64,000 nt of DNA, from positions 1,302,001 to 1,366,000 of the forward strand of contig NC_090599.1 in NCBI RefSeq assembly GCF_000497125.1, given 5' to 3'. Shown here one piece after another: positions 26,863 to 40,888 of this stretch. A program made the position numbers and the translations under genes. The DNA comes from Spironucleus salmonicida (taxonomy: Eukaryota). The notes under the pieces were generated by a model that was not told where the DNA came from, did no database searches, and saw only the letters and a list, made by a program, of their open reading frames with translations. Numbering within the stretch: position 1 is the stretch's first letter; the number at the start of each line of letters is the position of its first letter.

Positions 26863-27152
26863 TTGAAATTTAGACTGTTAAAAAATATATTAACAATATA
26901 TATTATTTATTATAATTAATTTTATGATAATATGTTCATATAAATTTGCTAATAGTTTTAAGCTACACAGATTTAGGTAGAAAATATTTAATAATTATGC
27001 ACAAAATAGAAAAAATAATAAAAAGAATTTACTGACTGCTTTAATAAAAATCAATCCATATTTTATTAGTAATTTGTTAATATATTGATTCATCAGCAAT
27101 GTAAATTTTATTTTATTATATATTATAATGTAATCTATTATTCACAAATAAA

Positions 27153-28196
27153 ATGGAGGATAGTTTCACTGTTTTCACACTAAATAACCATACATATATT
27201 GAAAAAAATTATTCGCCATAACTTAATACAGTTTATGAACATTTTATAACGACACTAAATTATTAGTAAGCCTAGTATTACAAAAGTGAAATTTAAAAAA
27301 TGTTAGGGAAAGTTAGTTAAGTCTTAGAAGTATTTGATATTTCTTCTACAACAGAAGATGAGCGATTATAACTATAAATTTATGCTTTGATTGCAGATAA
27401 TATAGCGTATATTTTTAATAATTGCAAACCACCATTATATTTGGCTAAAGCATATAAATGTTTGCTATTTGATACAATATGCGAAGCAAAACAGTATATT
27501 ATTAGTTAATAAATTAGTTTAGATGATATACATATTGTTAAATCTGAATAAATTTAGAATAATAAAATAAATCTTCAATAAATTATTACAAAAACTTAAT
27601 TAAAGTAATATAGTTTTGGAAATAATAAACACATTCTTCAACATCATGATATAGGTTAGTTTGACATTTAATTTATTTAATATGATGAATTTGAAAGAAT
27701 TATGTATAAAAAGTTTTATATTAATGCACAGGCTGTTTCTAGCAAAGGAGCATTAGGAATTATTGTTAAAGAAAATAATTGCGAATAAGAAAGATTTTCA
27801 TAGGGGTTTAGCTCTACTACCAGTAATCGCATGATTCTGATTGGTATGATCATCGCTCTTGAATCTTTAAAAGCAAATGAATCATTTATTATAGGAAGCT
27901 CACTTATGTATCCTTTAGAGTGCTTCTCAAAATTTCTGGATGGCTTTATAAAGAAGAGTTTTGCAGGTATAAAAAATTCAAATTTAATAAAACAAATTTT
28001 ATTCTTAATGGTGAAGAAATAATGCATTTTTTCACATATACGAAGTACATTAAATGATGAAACTAATTTAGCATGTTTTGAGCTTACTACTTAAAAATTT
28101 AATAGGTATACAAATGACGATGGTGGTAGAATCCGTGTAGTGTAAAAGTATAATTTATCAGATAAATCTTTAGTTTCAGAAAGGTAGTTCAAGTGA
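27153..28196 (+). CDS. RNase HI-like protein with degenerate catalytic residues
   Basis: C-terminal half GFSSTTSNRMILIGMIIALESL...FIKKSFAGIKNSNL...HIRS...NLACFEL follows the RNase HI pattern; possible hybrid-binding domain upstream. Confidence 0.7.
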
Positions 28197-28255
28197 TTAA
28201 TATTATTATATGATTTATTTTTATGAACCTATCTTTATTTCTAATACAATCAGAA

Positions 28256-29326
28256 ATGCCTAGTCCATCAATCTTTTTAAGTGCGTATATAAAAGAGCTT
28301 AAACTAGACAAATGTATGAATGTTGATAAAGCAGATAGATCGTTCATACAAAATATTGATTAAGCAAGACATAAAGCAATACAATGCATAGAATCGTCAT
28401 AACCTATTTATGTTGAAACACTTGAGAAAATCGACATATATTTGTAGTAACTTGCATCATATTTATCATTCACAGAAGCTCTTAATACTAGAAAGGACCA
28501 AAAAGAATTTGATAAAACCTTTTCTAAAATTCCTTAGTTTTCCCACTAATCTATCGTAAATCAGAACAAATCTGAGTTCCATAAATCAGTATTAGATGAA
28601 TATTTCTTCCATTTTTATTATCTTGCTACAGCAATTGACAGCTAACTGTTCAGTTTTAATCAGGATATATTAAAAACTGGTTTGGCACGCTTAGATTACA
28701 TCAGAATCATATCACATAAAATCGTTGCTGAAGAAAAGTCAGGAATCGAACTCCGTACAGAATTTCTAGATGTTCTTGAATACCTTCTTAACGCCCTCTT
28801 GTTACTCTCTGGTGCTTTGAAAGCTGAATAAGCAAATGCAACTGCATATGGTGAACCAAAATTCAACTACAAATCTCTTGCTGGAATTTATGGTTATGCA
28901 CTCTAAGAAGCTGAGAAAAGTCATTTAGTTTTAACTAAACTTACGTAAAAAGAAAAGAAGATTTCAAAAGACCTACAAAAGTTCGTTTGTGGAATTAAAA
29001 ATTTATGCGAAATTGGAATGCTTACTCTAATGATCTTAGAATATGAAGTATTTTAGTGTAACTATAGAGAAAGCTAGTAGCAAAGTTTGAATATAAGAAA
29101 TAGACTTGCAGAATGTGTTTAGGAGTTATATCAAATATAATTCAGTAATACAAAGATTTTAGATTTTTTCACTGTAAATTTTGGACATAAATTATAGGAG
29201 GGAGTTTCAAACTAGTAAATCGGAACATAGGGGAATATTGTGAGATTTCCACTTTTTGGATCGATAAAAAGAGGGTCAGAATTTATGCCTTTTGAGCCTT
29301 TGTGGACAGACTTGAGAATAAAATGA
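28256..29326 (+). CDS. Hypothetical alpha-helical protein (~356 aa)
   Basis: Open in code 6 to AAA-TGA. Confidence 0.65.
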
Positions 29327-29530
29327 TTATATTATAAGTATATAATTTATATTTTGTAAGTTAAATTCTTATATATATTAATAATCGTAACACAATTAAC
29401 CTATTTATTATGATACTAATATTATTGCAGTTAATAAATAAACAAAAATGTTAATTTATATCTTTTAAAGTAAATCATTTTAGTTATAATAATTTATATA
29501 ATATTATATGGTTTTCTAATAAAAATTAGA

Positions 29531-31222
29531 ATGCCACTAGATAAATTGCTTGAGGATTTAGACTCATTATCTCTGCTACATATTAAAAAATTACAGGCTA
29601 AGCGAAGATAATTACTATAATCATATGATTTAACAAACTATTAGTAAATTATTGCAGAATAAACGGTACGTATCAAAAATGCACTTTTTTTGAGATAAAT
29701 GCGCTCATGCGATGTACTTTAAGATTTTTAGTAAATAGAATAAAGCATAATTACAACTAATGTGTATTATAATTATAATGATATATAATATGTCTTGATC
29801 GAGAGGTAAGATAATTATGCGTATTATTAGCCAGAATATATGTTGTCTATATTACCTAATTCTAATATATTCACATCATTTGACTTTTCATTTTATGGTC
29901 CAACAAAATCTTTTTTCCTCCTTGAACCAACAGTTCCTGTACACGATTTTATAAACTATATACAAAAAATTGTTGATGGGCTTGTTATATATAAAAATGC
30001 TATATCACACGTTCTGTATTTATCACATTAGCTACTTAAAATATTAAATATCATTCATAAAGCTGGTATTTCGCTTTCTGGAGATTTTGGTTCATTTGTA
30101 ATTAAAAACGATGTATTAAAATTAAATCTCGCAGCTTTTTAAATTAAACTACCAGAAGATTTAAACTAAGGAATTTAAAAAGATTATGCCGCATTCAAAG
30201 AGCTCCTAGTAAATTGCCTTCCAGTATTTATAAAAACAAGAGATCAAACCCTTTCCGATAGCCTAAATGACGTCTTTAACGTTCTAAACTCAGTAATTAA
30301 TTCTAATTTCGCAGATAATTCACTCTTCATATACTCATAAGCAAACTTACCTGACATAACACAAAAGTTACTTTATTTCCCTTTTTTCGACCATCCACTC
30401 TACCCTCACTTTCTTTCTAGAGATATCACCGCAGCTGTCATTTACAATACAATTATCAACCCGCTAATCCTTCCAGAGATTCTTAAATTAGAATAAATTG
30501 AGAGAACCGAAGCGGAGAACCTAGAAAATTCTGTGGCAAACATTGATGAAATACGTTCCATTTAAAGAGCAAAATCAGCACATAATGCGATTAAATACTA
30601 CGGTAAGATGCAAGCAGCGTTTGGTTACTAAATGACCTAGAAGTAGCCCCCAACAAGTAAATTTTAACAATTCTTACAAATTGAAAAATATAGAGAACGA
30701 AAGGAGTGGGATCGCTAAAATTAAACTCAAAACGGAAGTATAAATTATAAAAATTGTGAAAACTACGGGTTTTAGAAAATCAACATGGTGCCAGAAGACG
30801 GTGAAAGGAATGAAAATTAAGAGTGGAAAGGAGCAAAGGCCAACGTTTTGAAGCAGCGGAGCAAAAGTATAGAACAGACTTTTATCGCGGGACCAGATTC
30901 TGAGATGCTCATGAATGCATTTTCGATTGAGACAGGCTTCATAGGCCAGAAGACGAAACTTTTCTAGTGCACACACTACAACGCTAGGGATGCCAAGATA
31001 ACCGCAAATTTACGCTCAGCAAGTGTCAGAAAAATTGTATAAATTCAAGATTAGAAAGAAGCAGAAAATCTGTTTAAAGTCGTTCCGCTATTTTAAGAAA
31101 ATGGAAAAGTAGTTAATTAGGTTAAATAAATTTAATACTTAGTAGAAGAAGACCACATTGCTGATAGAAATGATAGCAAATAGGAGATTAAAGACCTTGT
31201 AAAAGGTTTAATGAATATATGA
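29531..31222 (+). CDS. Hypothetical protein (~563 aa), possible pseudokinase segment
   Basis: Open in code 6. QLLKILNIIHKAGISLSGD resembles kinase helix E and catalytic loop without HRD. Confidence 0.6.
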
Positions 31223-31269
31223 TTATTATATATTGAATATGTTAAAATTTCCTTTCCAATCTACAAAAT

Positions 31270-32766
31270 ATGGACTTCATAAAAGCTTATTCCTCAGCGC
31301 TGAGCTCGGAATCGAGTAAAAGCGACAGAAAACACGACACTAAAGTATCAGATAATATATCCAGCACCGTAAAATCTACAGCATAGAAATCTAAAATGGA
31401 GACAAATTATACCCCCTATCAGCCCAAAAACCCGTCTCCGAACCCAGCAAAACCTGCCCAACCCGACCAATCAATCACGGCATCACAACTCTAGACAAAT
31501 CCAATCCCAAAACAAACTTCTCAAACCCAGAATTTCGGCTCGAACAACTCGTTCACGCAGCTCTTCGACGATGCTATGTACGTCTTCCGCAAAAACGTCG
31601 TCCAGGCCATAGAACTCGGCATAACCGAGCAAATCGCAAACGAACGATCTACACTCACCAGGGACATTGTTTCGCTCCAAAATCGTCTCGCGTCCTCCGA
31701 AAGCGATAACGCGAACCTGCGAAATTCGAACGAAAACTTCCAGCTCGAAATCACCAAAAAGAACGAATATTTGTCCAAAATGGCCTCCCAGTTGTACGAA
31801 CTGCGCACGTGGCGCAAGGACTCGCTCTACGGCCAGAAGGTCCTCCGGGCCTGGAACACCGTCGCGCGGCACGGCCAGCGCTGCGGAATCTTCGAAAATC
31901 TCATTCAGGACCAACAGAATTTGAGGCGCCAGAAAGAGCTCTTTTTGAAGTGGAAATCGCAGACTTTCAAGAACAAATTCGGCGTTTTGCAGGAGCAATT
32001 CCAGAGCGAAATCAGCAAAATGGCGGAGGAGCGGGAGGCGTATTTCGTGAACGAGAGGAGGAAGTACGAAAATCAGATCGAAATGCTGAAGAAGGAAATG
32101 TCGACTTTCGCCGTCAAGGAGCGCAAGATGAAGGACGCGATGAAACACGCGTTTTTGAAGGGCATAAATGCGATTTCCGAGGAGGCGACGATTGCGATGG
32201 ATAGGAGCGAAAAGTACAGCATGCCGGCGCCGATGCAGCAGATGCTGGAGAGGACGTTTGTGGACAACGGAGGCGATGTGAACAAAATTAACGAATTTTC
32301 AGACGATGGGGAGGATATGCGAAAAAACGGCGTTCCGCAGCCCTACGGGGGCGAAAGAGGTGAAAAATCAGACAGATCGGAGCATTAGCAATAATAGTAC
32401 TTTTCAGGATTCGACGATGAGATCGAAGAGCAAAATATTTAAGCGAATGTGAAGATATAATAATAGGTTTAGTTCGATCACTTGATTTAGCAGCCTATGT
32501 ACGTTGCGAGCCCTGCTAGACCAGTTGCTAGGCACGATGTTAGTGGTTTAGATAACGATAGAACTTTGAGTTTAGGAAAAATACAGGATTCTCATAAATA
32601 GGTGCCTGTTAAAAGCTATAAAGCTGGTGGTGCAGCAAATATAAGTTAGCCAAATTTGGCATAAAGGCTTAAGAATGCTAGTAATACAAAACCCCATCCG
32701 AGCTCGATGATTTACAAAGAAAGTATAAAGCAGATGGGAAAGAAAATCACAGTGGAAAAAGAATGA
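31270..32766 (+). CDS. POC5: Centriolar protein POC5-like
   Basis: Coiled coil with KVLRAWN and LFLKWK repeats, and MKDAMKHAFLKGINAISEEA matching the POC5 signature MKKAFMRGVCALNLEA. Confidence 0.75.
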
Positions 32767-32813
32767 TTTATATTTTTATATTATATATTAACGATAGGTT
32801 TTCAGTTCTCTAA

Positions 32814-33221
32814 ATGACATTAAATAAGTTATTAAATCAGGCCGATAAATTAGTTGACTTATCAACAGATTATATTGACAGATTTTACTAGGTATTAAAA
32901 CCTTAGTATATTTTTTATGGCTTGCTAGCATTACACTGGTTTTCTACATCTGGGTCAGTTTATAACATGATTAATAATGTACCTCCATATGGTGAAAAGG
33001 CAGGAAGTTTAGAAATTATATCTAAAGAAGGCTCATAGTAGTACTCATTTGAAGGATCGTTTGCTGGATGTATGACGGTGTTGGCATCATGCGCCTTTAT
33101 ACTAGCTATAAGACTTACCCATTAAAGGCCAAATGAACCTAAACAATATTTTATGTGGTATACAATCGGTTGTTTAAGCTGTGCTATTATTCTGAAAATG
33201 TATAGATATAAACGCGGTTGA
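32814..33221 (+). CDS. Oligosaccharyltransferase accessory subunit, OST3/OST6/OSTC(DC2)-like
   Basis: TM-FSTSGSVYNMINNVPPYG...QQYSFEG-TM-TM-YRYKRG*; 135 aa. Confidence 0.65.
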
Positions 33222-33286
33222 ATGAACAGTTACTTTATTATATATGTAAATACTATATTCACCTTTTTAATTTTTTTTCACTTTAA

Positions 33287-36200
33287 ATGCCTATCCCAGT
33301 TGCTATGCCATTGGAGTCTGTCCAGCCCTCTGGCGTTACTACTTCATATTCATATGATAATTTTTTAGTTGTAGCTAAATCATCATTAGTGGAAATTTAC
33401 GAGTATAGGGGTCTTGGCTTAGTTCTTATTTGCTCTGCTAGATTTAGTCATCCAATTCTATAGTTTTATAGACTTAATAAGTAAATTTTAGCTATTACTG
33501 CAAAAGAAGTATTGTAGTTAGACGAATTTTCATTATAGGTACTTAAAAAGTATTAAATTCAAGCTCCAGGTGAAGAGTAATTTTAAAGCTAAACAAAACC
33601 ACTAACAGCATTTATTTAAAGTTAAAAAATTTTAGTAATAGCTGCCGGAAATTCATATAACTATATAAACGTCATCTATTTAGATAAATAAGAAGATAAA
33701 CATGATATTCACTAATTTAGGTCTGGATAATTAGTTTCTATAGCTAGTTATGGAGAATATTTATCAATTTTAGCTAGATCTCTTCCAGCTGATCCTAATG
33801 TAGTATTAAATGCTTTTGCAAACTAAAGAACTAGTAGTTTATAAATATTTTCTGCAGCAGGTGGTAGATTAAGAGAGGTTTAGAAAACGTTATAATTACC
33901 ATTTGATGCATATTGTGTTAAATCAGCTCCATTAGGTTTTATTATTATAGCGCCAAGACAATTTATTTTTAAACGCATTGCTGGAGTGTCAGATTTACGT
34001 TTTAGATTTGCGAATTTACACGAAGAAATTGATCCTGATATCGAATATATTCAATAGGTATTCGAAAAAAATTTCGAATAGCCAATGGACTTTGATTTTA
34101 GTAATTTGGTTAAAGGTAAAGTAATTAATCATTTGACTTTTAATATGTAGTTAGAAAATGATTAAATACATACAATTTAATAAAAAAGACTTCCATTAGC
34201 CCCTAGGTAACTTGTACCAGGACACCCAGTTTTAGATCTCTAAGAATATTTTAAATTCTATGGATATAATTAAGAAGAGATCAGTATGAAACTCAATTAA
34301 GTTTAAAATATTATTGGAGATTTTCCTGTTATTGATTTTTTGTTAGAAGCAGAACTTCGACGTTATAAAGATAATAATTTGCATTATATTGGAATTTAAT
34401 CTAATGTCTAGAATTTTATTGAAATAGCACCTTTATATGATGTTGAAATACAATTTTTAGACGATAACTTAGCTATATTAGTAGATAATAATGGTTTAAT
34501 GTATAGTTTACATGTATTTGAAGAGGATGTTCACATGTATCCAATTATTATAGCAGATAAAGATTTATCTATTAGAACGGATAATAGAGTCCATACCATT
34601 TCTCTAATGAAATCTTCTGATGTATCTCTTAACCTTTTTACTTTAGAAGAATCTTCTTAAAGGAAAGAGTTTGAAATTTTCTTAGGTAGTTTCACATAAG
34701 ATTCATATATTTGTAGATTATAAATAACAAAAGATATACCATCTATAGATTTTTATAACGATCATCGTCAAAGAGAGACTACTAATCCTAATGATTATAG
34801 AAACTTACTATTAGATGAACTGAAAAAGAATTGCTCCATCATTAATAGAAAGAATGAAGGATAAACTAAAGAAGCAATGAATACTGAAATTGTCGAAATA
34901 GGTCCATCATTTTTTAAGAAATAAGTAGATGAAAATATATTGAAAAAACTTTACCCTGCAAGATATGATCTTCCTCCATGCAATTAATTTGAAGGAGCTA
35001 ATTTGTTCTAAGTAGCTTAGGAATAAAAGTAATAAACGTTAGATAATGTAGATCACTGCGTATTAAGGTATGAGTTTATTTTACCATCATTGGCTGGTGT
35101 AGTGGATTCAGTTATGAAACCTATCAATAGAAAAAGTACAATTGGATCTTTAGTAATGCTAAATAATTCTGGTGTAATCTAAACATTACAATCTAAATTA
35201 GATTTAAAAAATGTATCATTTATTCCAAGCATTGAACCAAAAATAAGAAGAATGCATTTAGTTAATTATATATCTTATAAAGAGGAAGAAGAATCCATTA
35301 TTATCATGTCTAAACGAAATGGTAACTTTGTCTATAAAATTATTAAAATTGATGACTAGTATTCTTTCGAAGAAATTTAATAATTTAAGATTAAAGAAGT
35401 TATTTTAAATTCTATTATTATTGATGAGAAGTAAACGCTATTAATTACTCATTAGTCTTTAGTTAATATGGATTTCGTGAAAACATCATTATAAACTTAA
35501 CAATTAAGTTAGAATATTTTAATTCATGGTTCATTTAATAAGAATGGATTCGCTTGTTGTTCTCAGTAGGAACTTATACTACATAATTTTAAGACATTGT
35601 AATATGAGCGGATAAGCATTTTAAGCTTTTTAGATTTACTTAGTATCGAAACCTCTGAAGTTTAATCAGATGGTGACAGATTTATGTCAGCATCAACAAA
35701 AATTATTGACCAATCCACGTTATAGTGTATTTTTAATATTAATTACGAATTTTTGTTTACTGCCTTTGTCACATTAAGTTCTAGCTCTGTAATTATCATT
35801 GGGATTAATGAAGATCTCTCTATTCATATTATTTATCAATTTTCTTAACTTAAACAAAATTTACCATTGCCAAATTTCTCGAATATATAAAAGTAAATTG
35901 CAGCACACGGATTTAACACAGTTGTTTATCCATACTTTACCAAAAATTAAAGTGGAATGAATATGTATTTAGTATCAGCAACTAGAGGTGGGTGTATTTA
36001 TGTTTATTTCTATAATAGATATTCTTAAAAATTCAGTAGAATTTATGGTGAAGATTCTCCCATTATTTAACCAACCCTTAGCCAATAAAATTTTGTAGAC
36101 TACGACTATTGGGGTAATAACTATGTTATTGAACAAAAAGAAATAATAATTAGAGATATTTTGCCATTTTAAACTGTTATGTAAGAAGATGTTGAAGTAG

Positions 36201-38110
36201 CAATTTGTACTTTCCCAACACCTTATAAACTCTCAGAAGCCTGTTCTATAGTTATAGTTCCAACATTGACAGCTTCTGTCAGCTTTTATTAACTTGGTGC
36301 ACCATTATCCGGTTTGAAATTCAACGGTATAAGCCTAACATGTAACTTACCATATCCCCCAAGATGTTGCTTTTAATTTGGTAAGAAGATAGTAGGTATA
36401 TTTGATACTAATAGTATTCAAAATTAGTAAGACACAAAAATAGCAAGTGCTTGTTCTTTAGGCGTATTTGATCTAGATTTTGGTGAATACACAAGCTCAT
36501 TATTAGATCTAAAATATTAGCGAGCAATGCATACCAATTTCTTGTTATATGCGTCTGGTCTATCATAGTAAGGCAGTAATTGTAAAAGAAATTTGATAGC
36601 TATGCCTTTTTAAGGTGACAAACTCGTTTACCATTCTAAATCAGACACTTTCATTATTGTTGGCTCATCTAATAGAAGAGAAATTAGAACACCGCGCTCA
36701 ATGACACTTGATGAAGTCGCAAATATTCGTATTTTCGAAACTGTTGATGAATAAGAACGTTATAATGCCCCACAGAATGAAATCATCGAGAATTGTCATT
36801 CTCTTATTCAAAGAGATCCACCACCAGTCAACTCTTATTAGCTTATTCACCATTAGTATATGTTCTTATTTTCTAATAACAAACTAGTAGATGGTACCTA
36901 ATTAGAACTTTAACGTCTTGAACACGTTAACCATGTTGCTTCAGATTTGTTATTTTCTAATTACCCACAACGTTTTGGCCGTTATTGGTAAGGGCATAAT
37001 ATTTATATGGATAAATATGGTAGAATGGATCGTAGAAATAAAAACGACGACTCAGACAAGCGACTTGAAGTGCTAGAAAACTATAAATTAAAATAAGAAC
37101 TGAGAGAAATGATCATTCTATGCTCAAATTACACTCTTGGCTCATTTTAAAAATGTTATGGCAAAATCCAAATTCTGGCAGTTGACATCGTGAGCCAAGA
37201 AACACTCTAAAAAGACGAAGAAATCAAATAAATCTCAATCTAATAGATCGAAAATGACTACTAATCTCGCGCCCTACGCCGTAATATCAACACGAACTTT
37301 TTCGTATGCAATCAATCTCGAATTCCATGTGGAATGTCATGCTTCCAACTCAATAAAATCGCTTTTGAAGAGCTCCAAAACGCTGTTTCCGCAGCCGTTT
37401 GCGCGCCATCAGCGAAGTGCGTGATGGTAGGCGAGTCAAAACACATAAAATGCTACAATTTGGTCGACTCCTAAAAGCTGTAATTGTGCGCCCAATGGCT
37501 CGGAATGGGCCACGTTACGCACATAAGCAGATTCCAGGACTTCTTCCTAATCAGCGACGCGACGCTGGAATCGCGCCTCTGGGCCTTCAAAGACAGAGGA
37601 AAACGCATTTCCGAAATGTCAGAATTGAGCAAAAACTTCGCAGCGCGCCTCGGAAACTTCTTCGTGAACCAGTACAGCGACGTGATGCACACCTCGTTCA
37701 TAATCGAAAATGCGCTCGTTCTGCACACCTACAAATTCAACGCCGAAAAGCGCGAGCGGCGCGAGCGCTTGCAGAGCCAGCAGCTAATTCACATTCCGGA
37801 AACGGCGGTTTCGATACTGAAAATCCCGACTTTTGTGCCTCTTCCGGCCGACTCGAAAATGCACAGCGGGCTTGCAAACGTCGTTGTCACTGTCGAGGGC
37901 AGCGTTTTGCAGGTCATTCCGGTGCCGAGCGATATCTGCGTTATGGCTGGGGTGAAAGAACGCTTCATTCGGCCCAAAATGCTCTTAAATCCGTTCGACA
38001 GAGAGGGCCATTTCGTCAGTGAGGTCAGTTTCGAGTGGGAGCAAAAGTTGTTTTAGTACGAAATTCAGATGATAAAGGCGAAAGTGAAGAGCACAGCTGG
38101 GGCTTGGTGA
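33287..38110 (+). CDS. CPSF160/CPSF1-like triple beta-propeller protein (~1607 aa)
   Basis: N-term QPSGV...LVVAKSSLVEIY, LPFDAY, EIFLGS; C-term MVGESKHI; includes supplied ORF 37484-38056. Confidence 0.7.
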
Positions 38111-38254
38111 GAAAAATAATCGTATATTTAGAGTATATAAATCATATAATTTAGTTTCCGTAAACTTGATCGTTTGGAAAGGAAAAAGATTGTAATAAAT
38201 ATATAATAATGTGTATAATTAAAAAATAAAAAGTATCATATTTGAATACATATT

Positions 38255-38812
38255 TCACTCTAAATCGCTATCATAAACAAAATTCTTAAATTATTCGAAG
38301 CTATCGAAAATATTTTAGTCAAACTGTAAACCTTGCGCCTCTGCGAATTTTTAGATAAATTCATCGTTTTTATAATTGTCCGGGAAGCTGTTTCCAAGTT
38401 CAAAATTTGCCTTTAGCAGTTGAACAAAAACGAACTGCGAAATTGACTAAACAGCTAGCATACGCTAAATCTAAACTTTTTCTGGTAGTTTAGCGTAGAA
38501 ATTTTATATCTTCTAGAGTAGCTCGATAGAAAAATCTGGAACGAATAGTCTAAAAACTTGATCTAATTCTTAAAGTGGCAGTACATCATTATCAATTATG
38601 AATCTACGTATAATTTTGACTGTTGAGAGGATAGTCGCGGTAGATGTTAATATATGCTGGAAAGACAAATTTATCACGTACCTGTTTGAAGCAAAAAACT
38701 GAAAAAATGTCTTTGATAGCTATAAAGCGTGTAGATTAGATTATGGAGTGAAATGTGACATATAGTTAACATATGCGGAATACACTTGCTGTAAATTTTC
38801 TCGATCTAGCAT
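38255..38812 (-). CDS. Hypothetical protein (~185 aa)
   Basis: MLDRENLQQV...DSDLE*; ends GAG-TGA. Confidence 0.65.
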
Positions 38813-38865
38813 TAATAAATATTTACTATATAACTATATAATAATATATATTTCCACTTTTTAAA

Positions 38866-39849
38866 ATGCCTTCCTGGTTGTCATTTTCGGACGACGAGTT
38901 TCCAGCTTCTTTATGTCCATTTAATATCCCCTCAAAAAACCCACACATTTAGTAGTTTGTCAATCCTATAATTAATGCAGACTTCAATCCATTTCATGGT
39001 GATTCTCTCCTTACTTTGGCTGACGACTCACCTACAGCAGAATATAGAAGACGTAAAGGTGAGCGCAAATCTGTATCATATAACCGATTAAAGCGCATCG
39101 GTTTAGTATATATTTAATTTTTAACCTAATTCATGCCAGAAAACGTTATTATAAATTCTGACGCAAACTTGGATGTAATATTGCTTCTAGCATAAATGTT
39201 TCCTTCAATCAAATTTTAAGTTTACGAGTCTTCTGTTGAATTAAAGATAGATAATGTAACTTTTCATCCAACAGTTATCCCTCTCACACCATTTTCACTC
39301 CCGTCAACATCTCTTATTTACTAAAACATCTAATAATCTTCATAATTGACGTTGGATGCTTAGAATGCACTATATGTGTCCCATTTAGAAACCTAAAAAT
39401 CGCTGATTTTAAAAACTTCCCCGTCCACTTTTCTCATTCCATTCTAGCTGCCTTGGACGAACGAAACGTATGAATTTTTTGACGGATCCTTGCACTTTTT
39501 CCCACATTCTATGCACTCTCACACAGAATTAGCTCTTTTTGGATAAAATTTATCCTAAAAATCGTACTCGGCGAGCAGAATTGAGCAGTAAATGTTCTAT
39601 TTTAACACAATAACAAGAGGACAATTATTCAACCACAAACTAACTGTCGGAAACGATGGAAAGTTCTTTAAAGCGCTAGACTGCTGCTACGATTGTACGG
39701 TTGAGATTGTAATATTATTAGAGTATTGTAAGAAAATTCGTGGATTTAACGGAGTTTATGAAGTTTTTGACCTTAATGAAATTCAGTAGAAACTGGAGTT
39801 TTCTATGAAAACTGAAAAGGAAAAAGAAGGGTACAAGAAAGGAAAGTGA
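38866..39849 (+). CDS. VP39-family cap 2'-O-methyltransferase / poly(A) polymerase regulatory subunit-like, degenerate
   Basis: YRRRKGE, QMFPSIKF, FQLPW, EQQMFYFNTITR and LDCCYDCTVE family motifs. Confidence 0.75.
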
Positions 39850-40362
39850 TATAAAATAATAAAAATCATCATTAAGTGTTTTTAGTAAATATATTCTTTC
39901 CCCTTATGAAACTATGCTTCTTAAGTAATATTCAATATTTACAGTAAATTATTAAAGTATTTAACACTTTAAACTAAATGTTATTATAATATTTATTCCT
40001 CATAATATACCAATAATAAATATATTTAGCTACTATCTTAATAACGTATGCGGAAAAACTTAAAAGTGTATAAATCTATATAGTTCAGGAGTTTTTGAAT
40101 TTGATCTATCTTTAAGTTGCCATGCTAAAGTGTAATATTTATTCATGATATATTAATCGCTGACTAACATATTGTAAATTTAACAGAAAGTATGATAGAT
40201 TTATATATGGTTTAAGAATTGAAAGAGATATAATTATAGACCATATGCTTTATCTAATTCTTATATTGCTTCTGCATTGCAAATAAATATGATTTTAATT
40301 AAGATTAAATTTATTATAAATATAAATAATAAATTTATTATATTTTATTAAGATATATTAAA

Positions 40363-40860
40363 ATGTCAAATAAATACACAAACCTAGAATTTAATACTAA
40401 ATAACATAGAGATGCTTTCTCAACAGCTTTTAATTCAGAGTCAAAGTTTATTGAAAATCAGTTTAGAATGGAATCCATACCTATATTTTCCTTTGATAGA
40501 ACTAAATTTTTGCCTCCAAAAATTGGTATTAACGAAAAATATATACCCAAACCAAAATCTAAACCTGAAACGGCGACTGATTTCTAACAAAAGGATGGAA
40601 AATTTATTAGGTCATTTTCACCAATTAAGAATTAACGTGCAAGTACCCCAAATTTTATGAAGAAAAATATAAACTTAATATATTAATAAATTGATAATGC
40701 GCGAACTAATTCTCCAATATAAATACAATCATATTCTCCATTAAAATAGATAAAGTTAAAAAGGTATATATCTGTTCCTTCTGCAATTTATGCAATTCCA
40801 AGATCGGAATCATCAATATGTGTTCGTTCATACTAAAATCTAAGTTTTTAGTAGTAGTGA
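40363..40860 (+). CDS. Hypothetical basic protein (~165 aa)
   Basis: Open in code 6; ends TAG TAG TAG TGA. Confidence 0.6.
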
Positions 40861-40888
40861 ATAGTTCTAAATTAACAAAATAACTCAT

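Noticed and set aside
27700-28120. Retrotransposon remnant suggested by the RNase H domain
   Set aside because: No reverse transcriptase, integrase or terminal repeats nearby, and the pattern resembles cellular RNase HI.
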